This document shows, piece after piece, positions 61,505 to 64,000 of a stretch of DNA of 64,000 nucleotides. A model generated the notes under the pieces. It was not told where the DNA came from, searched no databases, and saw only the letters and a program-made list of their open reading frames with translations. Both the position numbers and the translations under genes were made by a program. Source of the stretch: Callorhinchus milii (Eukaryota); contig NW_024704743.1 in NCBI RefSeq assembly GCF_018977255.1, positions 29,700,001-29,764,000 of the forward strand. Direction: 5' to 3'. Positions within the stretch are counted from its first letter, which is position 1. Each line of letters begins with the position of its first letter.

Positions 61505-62204
61505 CTCCGTGAAAGGAGGCAAAGGGTGTGGGAAAACATAATAACAGAGACCCCAGTTTACATTAACACTGACAGCCTCGTACTTTTAAATAAAATATAC
61601 ATTATTCCAAATTTGTACCCAAAAGGAATGTCCTGACATAAGAGAGAGATCTAAGTAGTAGACCTACTTTATCTAAGTAGTTCAACACATTTAGCATACA
61701 CTGTATGTTTTCTTTGTAAAAAGATAGATATGGAAGACATGAAAATTACTATTAACTCTCTTTATACTAGCAGATATTTTCCATATGAAAAGATTCCTGT
61801 CCCAGGGCACCAAACTCACGTTTTCCTCACAGTTGACACTGTTAATGTTCCTTCACCATAACTGACAATTATAGGCTGTAGTATTCAATTATAAATCACT
61901 GTGGCATCAGTGCTCTGAGAAAACACTCTATGTTTTTGTGCATTAAATGATAACATTGAAAGAAAGAACAGACACAAGGAGTGAGACCTGTTGGCTCTGG
62001 TAGTTTGTTATTGGTGGTGATGAACACTGAAAGTGGCAGTATAATATGTTATAGTGAATGTTGCACTGCTGAACACAAACAGACCTACAAAGATTGATGG
62101 TATTGGTTAGAAACGTATTAATACACTTCTTGCTATAATTAGTGCAAGGAAAGTTTTAAGGATATCCTGAAAATTTTCTCCGCTGCTCCTCTCAGCTTCC
62201 AACT

Positions 62205-62322
62205 TTGTTTGCCTACAAATATACAGTCACTACACTTCACAGTAAATTTGGTGAAGTGCTTTGAGACGTCTCGATCATGCGTTAAGGCACTGTATCAAAT
62301 ACAAGGATTATCATGTTATTAT
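62205..62322 (+). mobile_element. SINE 3' fragment
   Basis: tttgcctacaaatatacagtcac...gtgctttgagacgtc...aaatacaaggattatc. Confidence 0.75.
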
Positions 62323-63379
62323 CCCTCACACCTAGCTTCTACCAGCCACCTGGCTGCTGGTGGCCAGGAATGTGGAAAAGCCCCCAAGTTAAAACAACAA
62401 CTAATATGGATTAACAACCTCATTCTCTGCCTACATGAGGAAACTAACTGCAAAAAATCAGCTTCCTGTTTTTTACTGGCAAGCATAACGCTGAATGGAA
62501 TTCTTACTCATATGAATTTTTTTTGCTAAACTAAATTTGAGAAACAACTTCAATTATTTTTGATTCAGTTATCCGGTCTACACGTGATCAAACTGCCAAG
62601 GCAGCAATCTAGGGCGACCTCCACTGTACAATCTTTGATTCTAGGTAGTCGACGGAAAAACTGAATGTTTGAGTAGAGAATTCAAGCGAGTTAAACTTGT
62701 TTTTAAGGATTTATCTTAGATTTGTCCATCAGAGAAAAGAAAAAGAAACAAACTGTGTGCTGCAAAACCATAATCTTTTTCATGTGAGTTGTCAGCATGT
62801 AAACGATAATTGGTGTGCTGGAGTGACAATATTCAATATACTGAGCAATGAAAACATGAATAATTGGGCAGCATTTTATGTTTGGAGCAGCATAATATCT
62901 TTAACAGCTATGACCATACCACCATTTCTCTATAATGGGAGTGAATGGGAAGTGATTTGATGGACTGGAATTCCACGCTTGGATTAAATATGCGTTCATG
63001 TGGAGTCAAGTGCAATAATTTTATTTTAATAATAAAGCAAAGTTGTCATTAAAGCTAATTGTTAGTTTCTGCAGGGGGACTTTGAACATTTACAAATGAC
63101 AGATTGTTCCGCTGTAGAAAAAACACCACCCAATGAGGTATTAATCATCATTTTATGTGCAGAAGTTAACTGCTTACAATATGTAAAACCTTGGAATCCT
63201 AAGGAAAGGCTTAACCTTTTTACAAGTAAACAAAGGTTTGGACAAAATCTTCTTTCTCTTTTTCAAAAGAAATAGATGTGTGTTCAAATGATTACAGGAA
63301 ATTGGGCCTATTTAATAACCCCCATCTGGCCATCCATCCAGTCATCTGACTCTATCCTCCTGAGATGGGATGTAAGTGG

Positions 63380-63680
63380 GATCTCCTTGGAGTTGAGCTC
63401 GCTTTAGGTGATGTGTTTGCCAACGGAATATCGGAAATGAGTCAATCCTCTGTTGCAATCTTGGTAGTCTGGTTCCTGAGGCAGACAATTCCACAGTATT
63501 CAAGAGCACTGCTGATGGCAGACCAGTCAGCCTGGTAGGACTTAGAATGATAGACCATTCACAGGGAGGCAGAGGCCCAGATTCTTCTCACTCAACTCCT
63601 TTTAACCCTGTAAACCAAAGTCCTAACGGATAGGTGGATTTAGCTAAACAATGCAGTGGTAAGCGCCAGACAGTGCGAAA
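63380..63680. repeat. Family X repeat, third long copy (same orientation as copy 1)
   Basis: atcttggtagtctggttcctgag...gagcactgctgatggcagaccagtcag...gcagtggtaagcgccagacag, colinear with 2360-2625. Confidence 0.75.
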
Positions 63681-63761
63681 AATCTGACTTAAAACAGTTG
63701 CTCAAAATAGTAATAACATAACAATCTTTGCATTTGATATACCATCTTATTACATCACCAA

Positions 63762-64000
63762 AACAACAACTTGTCTTTATATAGAGCTTTTCATACCGGG
63801 TAGTGTCTCAGAGGGCTGCACCGTGGTGGGATTGGACACCAGCAAGGCACAAGGAGGAGGAGGGGGGGGAGGAGGTCACTCTTAGCACAGTCGAAGAGAT
63901 AAGTCTTAAGGTAGAATTTAAAAATAAAGATGGGGTGAGGTGAAGGGAATGAGACAGGGAGTTAAAGAGGTTAGGGACAAAGTGGCTGAAGACATAGCCA
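63762..64000 (-). mobile_element. L2 3' end (subfamily B), running off the window edge
   Basis: aacaacaacttgtctttatatagagc...cgggtagtgtctcag...gagttaaagaggttaggg. Confidence 0.75.

Noticed and set aside
1..64000. CRISPR arrays, operons, retrons or other prokaryotic RT systems
   Set aside because: The sequence is vertebrate; RT motifs belong to L2/CR1 LINEs and there is no regularly spaced repeat-spacer structure

Overview
Vertebrate genomic DNA, most likely a cartilaginous fish; the repeat mix suggests a chimaera/elephant-shark-type holocephalan (inference from repeat content). The window reads as a large intron or gene desert. I found no recognisable host protein-coding gene, rRNA, true tRNA or CRISPR. 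A large share is interspersed retroelement debris: at least two L2-clade LINE subfamilies (3' stem-loop plus (GTT)n tail), CR1-clade LINEs, a SacSINE1/AmnSINE-like Deu-domain SINE, and an abundant tRNA-Ala-headed SINE with long and internally deleted forms and an (ATT)n tail. All of the longest ORFs in the track (over about 170 aa) and most others are LINE ORF2 fragments or their antisense or shifted frames. The most notable observations are: a multi-layer nested insertion with readable target-site duplications (48.3-51.0 kb); two independent insertions about 8 bp apart in the homologous site of two CR1 copies; young SINE copies whose 3' stem-loop matches the young L2; L2 copies truncated at the same motif, one with a fold-back; and an unclassified ~500-bp repeat family (5 copies), one copy abutting a decayed C2H2 zinc-finger array. 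I cannot support a novel biological system with confidence. Boundaries of decayed elements are approximate (tens of bp).
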